A stretch of DNA of 63,483 bases, counting the filler, from Octopus bimaculoides (Eukaryota), in the NCBI RefSeq assembly GCF_001194135.2. It is 4 parts of 4 records of this genome, joined end to end, with 100 filler letters (N's around TTAATTAATTAA, not from the genome) between each part and the next. Parts side by side here need not be neighbours in the genome. Positions count along the whole stretch, not along the records: positions 1 to 28,318 come from NC_068981.1; 3 more parts are not named here. One strand, given 5' to 3'. Numbering within the stretch: the first letter of the stretch is position 1; each line of letters starts with the position of its first letter. This document shows positions 12,715-26,689 of the stretch, one piece after another. The notes under the pieces were generated by a model. The model saw only the letters and a list, made by a program, of their open reading frames with translations, ran no database searches and was not told where the DNA came from. Made by a program: the position numbers and the translations under genes.

Positions 12715-13065
12715 CATGTTTCATTCATTTGATTGTGGCCATGCTGGGGCACCACCTCGAATTATTATTTTTTAAAGCTTAGTACTTATCCTATCGGTCT
12801 CTTTCCCCAAATTACTAAGTTACAGGGGTGTAAGCACACCAACACTAGTTCTCAAGCGGTGATGGGGGGGGGGGGCAAACACAGCCAGAAACACGCATGC
12901 ACACACGATGGGCTTCTTTCAGTTTCTTTCTATCAAGTCTACTCAAGGCTTTGGTCAGCCTGAGGCTATAAGTAAAAGGCACTTGACCAAAGTATCACTC
13001 AGTGGGACTGAACCCAAAACCATGTGGTTGGGAAGCAAACTTCTTACCACACAGCCACGCCTTTG
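12715..13065 (-). mobile_element. SINE family A, CpG-decayed
   Basis: Reverse-complement match to family A. Confidence 0.8.
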
Positions 13066-14989
13066 CTTATATGGGGAAAGACAAGGATTTATTTTGTGCT
13101 TAATTCATGACATGAAGCTGGAAGCAAGGACCAGCTCATAGGAGTAACCTACATCAAGTATTAAGGGGTATTCACTTATTTTTACTTGGTCTGCTTGAGA
13201 AATCTTCACTTGCCAAAGTTATCTCAGGCTCTGTCAGTCTAACCTTATTGGAAAAATAGTTGATATGATACTCTCACTTTCATGGATGAAAAGTAATCAT
13301 TAGGAATGGCATACAGCTGTGAAAACAGATCTTCCAGAAGCAGATGTCAGATGTTTAAATTTGCACAATCATCAAACTCATACCAATGAGAGAAAAAAAA
13401 AATGACTGAATAAAGCAGACTTGTACACATACATGCTCACACACATGTACTCCACATGTCCACATACCCATGTGGACTCTTACATTCATATGTACACACA
13501 CATACATGTTTTCATATGCATACTCATGTATATGCACTTGTACACTTGCACACATATCCAAACACACATTCACACTCACAAAATGAATAAAACAGATGGG
13601 AAATTGTAGAGGGAATCAGATGGGATAGTGGGTAAGTAGGAGGAGGTAGAATAAGAAAAGGAGTAGAAACAAATAGTTCTATATTTTTGGTAACCAACCA
13701 TTAATCTGTATATGTGTGTTATGTAAGTTTGTATGTATTTATGTGTGTGTATACGTATTTATGTGTGTGCACTGTATTGTCTTTATACTTATTAGTTAAG
13801 TTCTATTTGTAATTGTCAATGTTTAATTATGGTGGTTACTGCTGGCTGGTCTTAGCTGTTCAAATGAAAACATCTCAACTGTTTGTTTTATTTTGGTCAC
13901 TGACAACCATGAGCAAAATTTCTAACTAGCTTTTGTATTTGTATGTATATTTATTTTTTTAAATTTTATTACTCATTTATTTATTTCTTAGAATTATTTA
14001 TTTAGAAATTTTAACTATGTTTAGTCATGTGCTTACACTTAACATTAATTTCTCCATAACTCTCTGTATGTGTGGCTGTGCATGTAAATCTGTGTGCATG
14101 TGTATTTTACATCATCATCATCATCATCACCACTGCCACCATCACCACCACCACCACCACCACCATTATCATCATCATCATCATCATTTCCATACTTGCC
14201 TGGATCAAAAACAATACAAGGCAGATTTTTCTAAGGCTGGGTGCCCTTCTTATTGCAAGTTTCACCTATATCCAAGCAAGGGAATATTTTCCCTGGGTCC
14301 TTTGAGCACAAACAATATAATGGCTGGACATGTTTTCACAGAAAATTGCAAACAAATGACACTGCATGTATGATAGTAATGTTTGTTTACAATTATTGCA
14401 TGATATCAAGACATGGATACACGCACACACACACAAGCATGCACCTACCCCCCCAACTTTCTCTCGTGCAATATATATGTGTGTATACCCTAATTCTCCT
14501 CTCCTGTACTGCCACTCATCTCCCCATTTACTCCATCTGCCATTATACTCCTGCTCTGTTTCACCCACATATTCTCTCTCTCTCTCTCTCTCTCTATTTT
14601 CACTTTATTTCCTGGGTTGCATAGATTCTGTTGTCACTCTGTCCTCTTGCACATGTTATCTTGCCTGTACATACTTATCTCTGAATGCTGATAATCTTAC
14701 CACTTGTCTCTCGTATAACTTATCATTATCATTCATGCTTCTATCTTATTCTTTCTGCCTCTCACTCTGTAAAGGGCATAGGGGAGCAAGCAGATGTGGG
14801 GTCAAAAATTCCTTTAGTCATGTTGTGGATGTGGCTTCCTCTATAGTGCTGGTGCCACAAATAATGTTCCCAGCATAGTCTGTAGAGTGTAAGGTTGAGA
14901 GGACCCTTTAGTTTTGCTGAAGATATGAGACCACCATAGTAAACCTACATTACTGATAACTTGTTTCCATCTGAATTTGAGGACCAGTG

Positions 14990-15870
14990 TGGCATTTTGA
15001 GTCTTACAGTCAGTGAAATTGAGATGATTATGAAAGCAAGATGCAAAAGCGTCCTTGGCAATGATGGTAGTTTATACAAACTTTAAAAACACTACTCTGG
15101 CACCCTCAGAATAATGATTCGAGTGAGGTCGTTGCTAGTGTCGCTGGACTGGCTCCTGTACAGGTGGCCCGTAAAATATACCATTTTGAGCGTGGCCGTT
15201 GCCAGTACCGCCTGACTGGCTTTCGTGCCGGTGGCACGTAAAAGCACCCACTACACTCTTGGAGTGGTTGGCGTTAGGAAGGGCATCCAGCTGTAGAAAC
15301 TCTGCCAGATCAGATTGGAGCCTGGTGTAGCCATCTGGCTCACCAGTCCTCAGTCAAATCGTCCAACCCATGCTAGCATGGAAAGCGGACGTTAAACGAC
15401 GATGATGAAGGGACTGTAATATAGGACTGGTGCTTAGCAAAGAACATGCAGGTACCCAAGGAAGAGAGAGTGTCATTGACTGATCTGTTCTGTCTGATAT
15501 CCCTCCTCAATGTGGAAAGTAAGGTCTTTTATGGAATGCAGATAAAAACGAAGTTGAAATTCCCGCCACTGAATATATCTGGAGACACATCTGTTCAGAA
15601 AGCTAATGCAAGCTGAAATAGGAGCTACCTGCCATCTGTGACATATTTGACATGGAATTTTAAGGTGTGGTGTTATCAACAAGGAGCTGTTCCAGTACAT
15701 ATGAATTTGTTACTGGATCCAGTGTCTTACCTGGCTGGCTGGCATCAAACTTTGACAAGATAAGCAGAGTAGTGATTCATGAATGGGAGAAAGAAGTAGA
15801 AAATGCTTTGTCATGGATAAAGCAAAACAGTTTTTGCTTTGTCATATCTCTGTATGTTGCATAGCTTGTG
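14990..15870 (+). pseudogene. Decayed REL-clade (NeSL/Utopia/R2-like) LINE reverse transcriptase, split by a SINE B insertion
   Basis: Fragments KARCKSVLGNDGSLYKL, LISLLNVESKVF, DTSVQKA and NFKVWCYQ match recalled motifs KARxxSAPGxxGxxY, RPISLLNVEGKIF, DTSVQKAG and GKFKVWCYQ. Confidence 0.7.
15120..15408 (+). mobile_element. SINE family B with two 5' monomers
   Basis: Two ~62-bp hairpin units precede the core; young and CpG-rich. Confidence 0.9.
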
Positions 15871-16391
15871 AGAAAAAGACTTAAGCCGAGAGCAAAGACT
15901 CCTCAGCGAGCAGTAAAACAAAATAGTCGCTGTATAAATGAAATGGGTTATAATTGCATAGTGCTTATGTGATGGTTACTTGAGTAACTGATGGAAAAAT
16001 GTGTTACAGTGTGGGCCTAAAGAACCTGGATGTTCCCCCAGTAGTATCAGCACTGGTGGGGTGATGCACTCTGAAGGTAATGAAATTGTTATTATCTCCA
16101 GTTTACAGTTGATGAAAAGAGTCTCATGAAATACAAGCTGTATGTAAAACGTGTGTGTGCATATTTCATCTTCTAAATCAAGGGAGTAAATCTAATTGGG
16201 GAATCATAGTGTTAATATGTGTGTATGCATGCTTTCACACACACACATCCACTTACATATACATTTACTATTTTTTTAACATTCTTTTTTTTTGTTGTTA
16301 TTTTTGCATTCTTGGTTTTAATTACTCAAGGGCAAGAATACAAATGTTTGACATGTTTTAGTGGACAGGATACAACACAAAAGCTATGAGT

Positions 16392-16608
16392 TTAACTCTT
16401 TAGCATTTAAACTGGCTATATCCAACCCAAATATTCTATGTTTTATGTTCAATCTGGCCAGATCCAGTCTCTCACATCTACCCTACAATGTCATTCTAAA
16501 AATAGTCAAATCATCGAAATCTCAAAGAATTAATGCATGATTAATTCTAAACAACACGAACAAATAAGCATTACATTTGATAGAGTAATCTGAATGCTAA
16601 AAGATTAA
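16392..16608. mobile_element. piggyBac-type MITE
   Basis: TTAA at both ends; TIR-like CTCTTTAGCATT...AATGCTAAAAGA; internal homology to 18290-18518 in the opposite orientation. Confidence 0.75.
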
Positions 16609-16879
16609 ATCCACCATAGACATCTAGTTGTTCGGGTCACAATACTATTCTACATCACCTCAGTTTCTTAGCTGTCAAACAAAAGCATCAGATCATCTGA
16701 GAATTTTACCTGCAGTAGATTTGCATTGTATCAGAGTGCAAGGGATCTTTATCTCTTTATCCACTTATTGGCCATGAATTTGGAGCTAAGCACTGACCTT
16801 TAATATTCTGTCAAGGCTTAGGCAATTGCATCCCTTTTATGTTTGTTTTTTAGTCTTTATTAACTCTAATTGATTATAT

Positions 16880-17270
16880 TTAACAATAATTTTTATCTTT
16901 TACTTGTTTCAGTCATTACTGAAACCTTGAAGGGTTTTAGTTGAATAAATCAGCCATAGTGTTTATTTTTTTTTAAAGTCTGTGACTTTTATCAATCACT
17001 TTGACCGAATTGCTAAATTATGGGGATAATGGGGTTGTAAACAAACCAACACCAGTTATCAAGCAGTGAGTGGAGACACACACATGAACACAAAGATAGA
17101 CATACATATACATACTCATACATTTATATGTATGACAAGTTTCTTTTAGTTTTCTTTTACCAAATCCACTCACAAGGTCAGCCTGAAAACACTTACCTAA
17201 GATGCCATGCAGTGGGGCTGAACCTGAAATCATGTGGTTGGAAAGCAGACTTCTTACCACTTTTCTTACC
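16880..17270 (-). mobile_element. SINE family A, heavily decayed
   Basis: Partial reverse-complement match. Confidence 0.6.
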
Positions 17271-17660
17271 ATACAGTTGTATAAAAGAAAAACAAATCTG
17301 GTATGTACAGAACTTGGGATTCTGCATGTGTCAATAGAAGCATTTTCAACTATTGACAAAATCTTGGCTCTTTTAAGACATTAATAGATTTCTTTAAAAT
17401 AATAAAAATTTAAAAACGATAGAAAATCAAAACAAAACAAGAAAAAAATTAAGCCTAAGAGATAAATTACTAACTCCTTTGCTATTAATTAAATTGAAAA
17501 TTTTAATTAAATGTTGATGTCTAGATTAATAGTTCATATGTTAGCTAAATTTAATTAAAAAAAAAATTCATTTTTGCTGAGATAGAAAAATTCAGAGTAC
17601 AATTTGTAAGATCATATTTAGTGAAATATGTACTGGATACAAGGTTAATTCAGAGTACAG

Positions 17661-17710
<50 letters not shown>

Positions 17711-17984
17711 CGTGCATGTATGTGTGTGTGTGCGTGCATGTGTCTGTTTTCATATAGAGCAATTTAAACTTGAATTGCATGAAAAATAACTCTGTGTATG
17801 CCTGTTTGTGTTACTGTTCTCATATCATTTAATATGAAGTTAGAGTTTGGATATGTCACAGAGAGCATGTAGAGAGCATATCAACAAAGCACGAGAGATT
17901 GTTTATATGATATTTAGTTACTTTATCTTACATACATTTCATTATATAAAAAAAAAGACTATTACATAATGTAATGTGGTTGTG

Positions 17985-18612
17985 TAGTAAAAAGTTTGTT
18001 TCTCAACCACATGGTTCTGGGTTCAGTCCCACTGTGCAACATCTTGGGCAAGTGTCTTCTATAGCCCCAGACTGACCAAATCCTTGTGAATTGATTTGGT
18101 AGATGGAAGCCTTGTGAGTGCATTTGGTCGATGGTAGTTGAAAGAAGCTTGTTGTATATATATGTGTTTGTGTGTGTGAGTGTTTGTGTTTGTCTTTCAT
18201 CACTGCTTGACAACTGGTGTTGGTATGTTTATGTCCCCATAATTTAGCCATTCAGCAAAAGAAATCGGTAGAATAAATAAATAGCAGGCTTAACCCTTTA
18301 GTGTTCACATTATTCTGCCATAATTAATGCTTTTTCATCCACATTGTTTTGAACTAATCATGCATTATCTTGTAGCTATGAGATTTTGATGAGGTAGCTG
18401 TTAATCTTTAAAATGTTATTGTAGGGTTGGTGTGAAAGACTAGATCTGGTCAGTTTGAACATAGAATAGGCAGAATACTTTTGGCCGGATATGGCCGGTT
18501 TAAATGCTAAAGGCTTAAAAAGAGAAAATAAGTATTCAGGTCGATTCATTTGACTAAAACTTCCTCAACATGGTCGCAGTCTAATGACTGAAACAAGTAA
18601 AAGATACAAGAT
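17985..18612 (+). mobile_element. SINE family A interrupted by a MITE
   Basis: Head and body 17985-18289, tail 18519-18612. Confidence 0.75.
18290..18518. mobile_element. piggyBac-type MITE nested in SINE A
   Basis: TTAACCCTTTAG...AATGCTAAAGGCTTAA with TTAA duplicated. Confidence 0.8.
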
Positions 18613-21192
18613 AAAATGTATTGTCCAACTCTTCAGAGACTTGTGATCTTTATTTGTATTCTTTACTGAATGGCTGCTACCTCTGTGATGGTTAGTTCTA
18701 TCAGCAAGTCAACAATCCAGTAATTCAAAATTGATAAATACATTTTGAATATATAATTTACATTATATAATAAATAATCTTTTTTTTCTTCAATGAAATG
18801 TATATAAAATAATGTAACTAAATATTTTACATATAATGTCACATTTGATATCATTCTCCTGTTTTGTTTTGTGATATATATGTGTGTGTGTGTATGTGGT
18901 AGAATAGGTCTAATGGAGTGGAGAATGTCTCATGGGAAAATTCTATATGCTAAATACTAAATACACATGTCTCCCTATAATGATTCTGTGTTCTATAATG
19001 CATTATTTCATGTAGTTTTATATTAACATTATTATTTTTAAGACCTTTTTCATACAGTCAAGCTTGTGGTATTTCTGGGACTTTGATAATGCACTAAATA
19101 AACGAACTTGGTAGCCTTTCTTAAAAGTCATATGTTCATTAGTATTCTTTAAATATTAATGGCAAATAGTAGACAAAATGTTTTTATACATTTTTTTTTA
19201 CTTAATTTTACATTTGTGTAAAATAAAATGCCATTTTGCTTCAAGAAATATTAAAAAAAAAATATATATAATTCAAAATAATGAAGCTGTATTTAGTTTC
19301 TTTCTTTCTTATATTATAATATTAGTTCATTTTATTTCTTTTTAAATGATGGTGATGAGGATGATGATGATGGTGAATTTCTTAAATTGTAAAATATGTT
19401 CATTTTCATTATTTTGGAAAGTATTGGGGAAGGTTTGAAGATTTGAAAATTTTTGGAGAGGAAGTTTTAAAGATGCAGAAATCTTCTTTTGGAAATGTCT
19501 TATGGAGATGCAAATGTTGTTATCGCTCTCATTGTCGTCATGGCCACTGTCACTGTTGCCATCACTGTCACCGTCATCGCTGTCGTCGTTTTATGTCCAC
19601 TTTCCGTATTGGTGTAAGTTAGCCAAGTTATCATGGTCGCAGTCAGTTTTTATTTAGAGTTATTGTTTCTTAGGTTGAGTTTCCATCACAAATCCACTCA
19701 CAAGGCTTTGGTTGGCCCAAGCCTATAGTAGAAGACACTTGCCTGTTATCCCACACAGTGGGACTGAACCTCGAACCATGTGGTAGGAAAACAAGCTTCT
19801 TACCACACAGTATATAAATATATATACACATGTTTATATATGTGTGTGTATATTTATACATATGTGCACACACAAAATTGCCTAGTGGAATGGTCTACCA
19901 ACTTACACTATGTTCATTGAGATCCATGCTGCAAGGTTTGGTTGAGTCTCTGGGTAGTGCACTTTAATATATGTACCTAAAGTAATTTTGATTTTTGATA
20001 GAAGATACTTAATCGTAGCTCTGACACTATGGATTACATGATGGATTGATTTGTTTCTGTGTATGTGCAACTGGATATAAAATTATATCTAGATCATACA
20101 CATTTCCCTCCTTAAAAGATATAAACTATGATTTGTTTTTTTTTTTTTATAAGATATAGATTGTAGTCCTGTAATTTACTTTTTCTCAGAAAATTTGCAC
20201 TCTGAAGTTGATGTGTCATGTACTTAAGTAGTTGAAGATTGTGTGACCATATGCATATGTTTAAATTCAGCAAATCTTACACACAAACTAATTTTATAAC
20301 AAATCTCATAAATAAATATTCAGTTAGAGAAAACCAAACAATCAGTGAAACATAGCACTGTGATGTTTCCAAAGTTTTGATCTCTTGTTTTACTTGTACC
20401 ACATTCCACAGAATATTAAAATTTTTCATCCAAAATGGATTACTCAGAAGAAAGAAGCTGTACATATGACCTTTGTAGACTTTCAGACTGTTGAGTAGTA
20501 GCTGTTGATGCTGAGTGTATGATTAAGAAGTTTGCTTTGCAAGCAAATAAATCCAGATCTGATCCTACTGTCTGGTGCCTTGGGCAAGTGTCTTCTATCA
20601 TATTGTATGGATAAGCAATACTTTGTGAATAAAATTTGGGAGACAGTAATTGCACAGATCTGTGTCTAACACAAGTGTATATCGGCAAAAAATATACAGA
20701 ATGGTGATAAAATTCATAATCCTATCAATCTAAAATACTTTGTGGTATTGGTTCCACATGACTTGCATAGATACTCTCATCTTACTCATGCAATTGTAAG
20801 TGTAGTGAACCAGTGATTGTCCCATTAGGAAACTATAACCACTGTTACTGTTTTATATAAAACAAATAAATCCATGACAGCAGAAAAACATATGGCAGTA
20901 AAGGAATCCTAGAAGGCTAACATCTTGGGAAGGAAGGATTGTGGAGAGGGATTACTATGGGACCTGGTGGTGGTGAGACAAGGTATGGGTGATAAAAAGA
21001 GGAGAGAAGTAAGTGTCTGTTAGGATGACTTGAGCGAAGATGATATGCAACCAACTAGTAATGAAGAGCATGTGAGTATTTCCATGTCTATCTGACTGGG
21101 AAATGTTAAATGTTTCAACGAGAGATAAATGAGCCAATGATGGAGCCCAGAGTTACAATTCAAGAAGCCTCAGCTTCTGGTAACACACGCAC

Positions 21193-21236
<44 letters not shown>

Positions 21237-21279
21237 CACATGTAAATTAATGTTTAAAAATTTTTTTTTTAAAGTGCAA

Positions 21280-21360
21280 GTTATAAAGGATAATATAAGT
21301 TGATGGTTATAAGGGATAATATAAGTTGGTGGTTATAAGGGATAATATAAGTTGATGGTT
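21280..21360. repeat. 26-bp tandem repeat, 3 copies
   Basis: GTTATAA(A/G)GGATAATATAAGTTG(A/G)TG three times. Confidence 0.9.
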
Positions 21361-21820
21361 TGTACATCTTTGCTTTGTATTTCAATATTTCAGGGTTAAG
21401 ATGTCTTCTTAGGAAAACTTTGGAGAGATTGTGCTGTGAGTTAACTTCTGTGATCTATTTTATGCAAGCTATACTATATATAAGTATATTGATTTTTTTT
21501 TTATGTCAGGTTAAGTAGGATAAACAATTTAACATTAAACTGAAGAATTATTTAATACATTTTTGTAGATTACATGTTTATTAAGATCTTACAAGAGAGG
21601 TGACAGTGATCTTGAAGTTTTGGTCTGCTAGTCTCCATTAGACTATGTGTGCGTGTATCTGTGCACATGCACATGCATGTGTATGAAGGTGAAACTCTAG
21701 AGCAGCAAGAGACTGACTTGACCAAATTAAAATATTAAATCTCTACCATGGTACTGAGTACCTTTTTTTCTGACAGGTAATATTAAATGTGCATGTACGT
21801 GTGCGCGCACGCACACACAC

Positions 21821-21866
<46 letters not shown>

Positions 21867-22922
21867 TGTGTTATAAGTCTAACATGTCACTTGGTTTAAC
21901 ATCATTGTATGATATTTGGGTGCCTTTAGTCAAGTCAATTCTAGTTCCCTCTGCATTTTTCATGCAGACATTCAGGTTGTAAATTAGTTGCATCAATCTC
22001 CTCAGCATGACGACAATGTCATTACCACTGCCACCACCTTTGACATCATCATCATTTTAATGTTCACTTCTCCATGCTTGCATGGGTCAGATGGAATTGG
22101 ATGATTTGTTAACTGTCCTTAAGTTTTGAGTTTCACTTTTGCTGTATATGTCTTTTTTAAACACTAATATAATATGTCAAAATCTAGGTTTAATACGGTG
22201 ATGTGTTTTATAGGGTTAAATCCAAAGTGTGTATGATCAATTAATTTCATGATTTAATGTGTTATAAATGAGCTGATTAAGATTATACATGCAACTCCCA
22301 CAACAGCAGATGTTACAAATCCAACTACTGAATACTTGTCGAACATGTATATATGCATGAAAATTCAATTACTTCATTGGGTAAAGGATATGTTTTTTTT
22401 TTTTTACCTCTAAATTGTATGATAAATAAATAAATGACAAAAAAGTACATTGACAAGAAAAAATATAATAGTAAGTAAAAGTTAAGTCATAAGAATCTGT
22501 CCCCACCTCTACCTTATGTATTGTTCTGCTTTATTTAGCTTGTTAGTATCAGGGAAGTAGATATAAGATTGTCTCAGTGATTTTATAGATCGGCAATCTT
22601 TTTGTATTTATTTCAAGCTTAGTTAATCTTTCTTATATATTTTCTTTAACAACCTCTCATGATCCTGTTTACTTACTTGAAAGTTAATAACTTAAACAGC
22701 TGTAATACTCTTTCATATATTATGAGATTTTCCAATCAGCATTTCTCACGCATGACAAATGAAACAGGTAGAAAATCATTGACATATGTTGCATATACAC
22801 TTCATTATTTAATTTGGAATATCTCTGCTTTACTTTATGGTTTTATATGATTGTAAGTAAGAACTTTTCCAAAATATTTTTGATTTATTTATTTATATGA
22901 TTATTTTTACATAACTACTGGA

Positions 22923-23002
<80 letters not shown>

Positions 23003-23501
23003 TAGAACAGTTTAATTTGGTTCCATGTGACATAAAGTTTTGTGGGCCTCTAATAAGCCTGTCTCTTTCAGGCAATAAAACTGTTTTAAATAATGCATGT
23101 AACTCTTACTGAATGTGTTGAGTTCCCTTTTCTTTCATTTGTCCACTCACCCTTACACACACATGCACACACACACGCGCACGCATGCATACGCACACAC
23201 GCGCACGCATGCATACACACACACGCGCACACATGCATACACACACACACATAAATCATCATAATCGTCACCATTTAATGTCTACTTTTCCATGCATGCA
23301 TGGATCAGATGGAAAGTGTTGAGACAGGTTTTCTATGGCTGAATAGTTTCCCTATTGTCCATTCTTATCTGTTTCCAAGCAAGGTAATAAATATTTCGCC
23401 TTGCCGTGACATGTTTTTCATGTAAGTTTGGAAACAAGCGATATTGTTTGCATGATGATGAATCGTCATTAGAATTGTCACATGATATCAAGAAAAGGAG
23501 A

Positions 23502-23561
<60 letters not shown>

Positions 23562-24336
23562 NNNNNNNNNNNNNNNNNNNNNNNNNNNNNNNNNNNNNNN
23601 NNNNNNNNNNNNNNNNNNNNNNNNNNNNNNNNNNNNNNNNNNNNNNNNNNNNNNNNNNNNNNNNNNNNNNNNNNNNNNNNNNNNNNNNNNNNNNNNNNNN
23701 NNNNNNNNNNNNNNNNNNNNNNNNNNNNNNNNNNNNNNNNNNNNNNNNNNNNNNNNNNNNNNNNNNNNNNNNNNNNNNNNNNNNNNNNNNNNNNNNNNNN
23801 NNNNNNNNNNNNNNNNNNNNNNNNNNNNNNNNNNNNNNNNNNNNNNNNNNNNNNNNNNNNNNNNNNNNNNNNNNNNNNNNNNNNNNNNNNNNNNNNNNNN
23901 NNNNNNNNNNNNNNNNNNNNNNNNNNNNNNNNNNNNNNNNNNNNNNNNNNNNNNNNNNNNNNNNNNNNNNNNNNNNNNNNNNNNNNNNNNNNNNNNNNNN
24001 NNNNNNNNNNNNNNNNNNNNNNNNNNNNNNNNNNNNNNNNNNNNNNNNNNNNNNNNNNNNNNNNNNNNNNNNNNNNNNNNNNNNNNNNNNNNNNNNNNNN
24101 NNNNNNNNNNNNNNNNNNNNNNNNNNNNNNNNNNNNNNNNNNNNNNNNNNNNNNNNNNNNNNNNNNNNNNNNNNNNNNNNNNNNNNNNNNNNNNNNNNNN
24201 NNNNNNNNNNNNNNNNNNNNNNNNNNNNNNNNNNNNNNNNNNNNNNNNNNNNNNNNNNNNNNNNNNNNNNNNNNNNNNNNNNNNNNNNNNNNNNNNNNNN
24301 NNNNNNNNNNNNNNNNNNNNNNNNNNNNNNNNNNNA

Positions 24337-24457
24337 ACAGGTGATTTTTACTCACAGCATTCAATTATTCATATTTGGAATAAATAAATAAAATTGAATA
24401 TTAAGTATTTATGGAATTTTGATTTACTCTTGAGTGACTTTTGGCCAACCCTGTATA
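24337..24457. mobile_element. Probable Tc1/mariner right terminus next to a gap
   Basis: Ends ...TTTTGGCCAACCCTGTA-TA, a Tc1/mariner-like terminus with TA. Confidence 0.4.
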
Positions 24458-25062
24458 TATGTATAGATATAGACACCCTCTTAGCCTTCCCAGTGGGAAC
24501 ATCCTAGGTGTGATGACAGCTAGGTGAGAGGACTACATCAGTATTTTGGCTTGTACTCATTTCAGCCAAGTATACTTGAGTAACAGAAAAGGAAGTGTCT
24601 TACTCAAAGTTAGAACACACCACTCAGTCCAGGAACTGAACTCACGACCTTGTAATCTTGTGCCCAATGTATGTGTTTTAAAAGGAACATTTGAATCACA
24701 CTGTAAAAGTAGCTTGGATCTGTGGTTCTTTATTCCATTTACTATGAAACTAATATCTTGGGAAAAATGATTGTATTTCATATGTGTCCTTGCCACAGAA
24801 CATAAATGTTGTTTTTATTGTTCAGTGGTGATTGACCGAATGTTCAATGCCTCACTTCTATTCTAAGCACGAGTGTTTTCTAACAGCAACTTGTGAATGT
24901 CTATTTATAAACATGATTGTGTGTGTGTTTCCAGCATGACTGTATGAGTTTGAAAATCATAATATTCATGCAGAAGACACATGACTAAAGAGAGATTTGT
25001 TTTTGTTTTGTTATCATACTTATTTATAGTAGTAGTAGTAGTAATAATAATAATCATCATCA

Positions 25063-25970
25063 TCATCGTTTAACGTCCGCCTTCCATGCTAGCATGGGTT
25101 GGATGATTTGACTGAGGACTGGTGAAACCGGATGGCAACACCAGGCTCCAATCTAATTTGGCAGAGTTTCTACAGCTGGATGCCCTTCCTAACGCCAACC
25201 ACTCAGAGAGTGTAGTGGGTGCTTTTACGTGTCACCCGCACGAAAACGGCCACGCTCGAAATGGTGTCTTTTATGTGCCACCCGCACAAGAGCCAGTCCA
25301 GGGGCACCGGCAATGATCTCGCTTGAAAAACCTCATGTGTCACTCGCAAAAGAGCCAGTCCATGGGCACTGGCAACGATCTCGCATGAAAGATATCATGT
25401 GTCGCCTGCACATGAGCCAGTCCAGGGGCACTGGCATTGATCCCACTCGAAAGATTTCATGTGTCTCCCGCACATGAGCCAGTCTATGGGCACTGGCAAC
25501 GATCANNNNNNNNNNNNNNNNNNNNNNNNNNNNNNNNNNNNNNNNNNNNNNNNNNNNNNNNNNNNNNNNNNNNNNNNNNNNNNNNNNNNNNNNNNNNNNN
25601 NNNNNNNNNNNNNNNNNNNNNNNNNNNNNNNNNNNNNNNNNNNNNNNNNNNNNNNNNNCGACCTCGCTCGAAAAACCTCATGTGTCACCCACAAGCCGGC
25701 CCAGGGGCACCGGCAACGATCTCGCTCGAAAGATTTCATGTGTCGCCCGCACATGAGCCAGTCCAGGGGCACTGGCAACGATCCCGCTCGAAACATTTCA
25801 TGTGTCACCCGCACAAGAGCCAGTCCATGGGCACTGGCAACGATCTCGCATGAAAGATATCATGTGTCGCCTGCACATGAGCCAGTCCAGGGGCACTGGC
25901 ATTGATCCCACTCGAAAGATTTCATGTGTCTCCCGCACATGAGCCAGTCTATGGGCACTGGCAACGATCA
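25063..25970 (-). mobile_element. SINE family B with a long 5' array of 62-bp monomers
   Basis: Core 25063-25230. Units start at 25290, 25352, 25414 and 25476, then a gap, then continue to 25970. Confidence 0.9.
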
Positions 25971-25999
25971 TAATAATAACAATAATGATGATGATGATT

Positions 26000-26600
26000 T
26001 TGGATTTTGGTAGAAGACTAGCTATTTCAGGGAGGTGTAAGTCAATTACATCAATCCCCAGAATTTAACTGGTACTTATTTTATCAACCCTGAAAGGATG
26101 GAAGGCAAAGTTGACCTCGGCAGAATTTGAACTCAGAACGTAAAGATGGGGAAAATGCCACTAAGTATTTTCTTTGATGCAGTAACAATTTTGCCAGCTC
26201 ACTACCTTAATAATGCTTTTAGCTCACCATCTTAATAATAATATCATTAATAATAATAATAATAACCCTTTCTACTATAGGCACAAGACCTGAAATTTTG
26301 GGGGAGGGGACTAGTCGATTACATCGACTTCAATAATTGACTGGTACTTATTTTGTCAACATCAAAAGGATGAAAGTCAAAGTTGACTGTGACAACATTT
26401 GAATTCAGAATATAAGCATTATGCTAATGATTCTGTCAGCTCGCCACCTTAATAATAATTTCAAATTTTGGCACAAGGCCAGCAATTTCAGGTGAGGGAG
26501 TAAGTCAATTACATTGATCAGTGCTCAGCTGGTACTTATTTTATTTGCCACGAAAGGATGAAAGGCAAAGTCAGCCTGGGTGGAATTTCATCCTCCAAGG
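26000..26600 (-). mobile_element. Three consecutive family D SINE fragments
   Basis: GGTACTTATTTT...AAAGGATG(A/G)AAG(G/T)CAAAGT recurs near 26070, 26340 and 26530. Confidence 0.8.
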
Positions 26601-26689
26601 TCAAGAAAACAAAGTACCAGTCAAGTATGGGGTGGTTAGCATCAATTGTTCCCATCTCCACACCAAATATCAGGCCATGTACTTATGTT

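Noticed and set aside
25290-25970. CRISPR-like array (also 45799-46159)
   Set aside because: Whole units repeat with no unique spacers, in a eukaryotic context with no cas genes.
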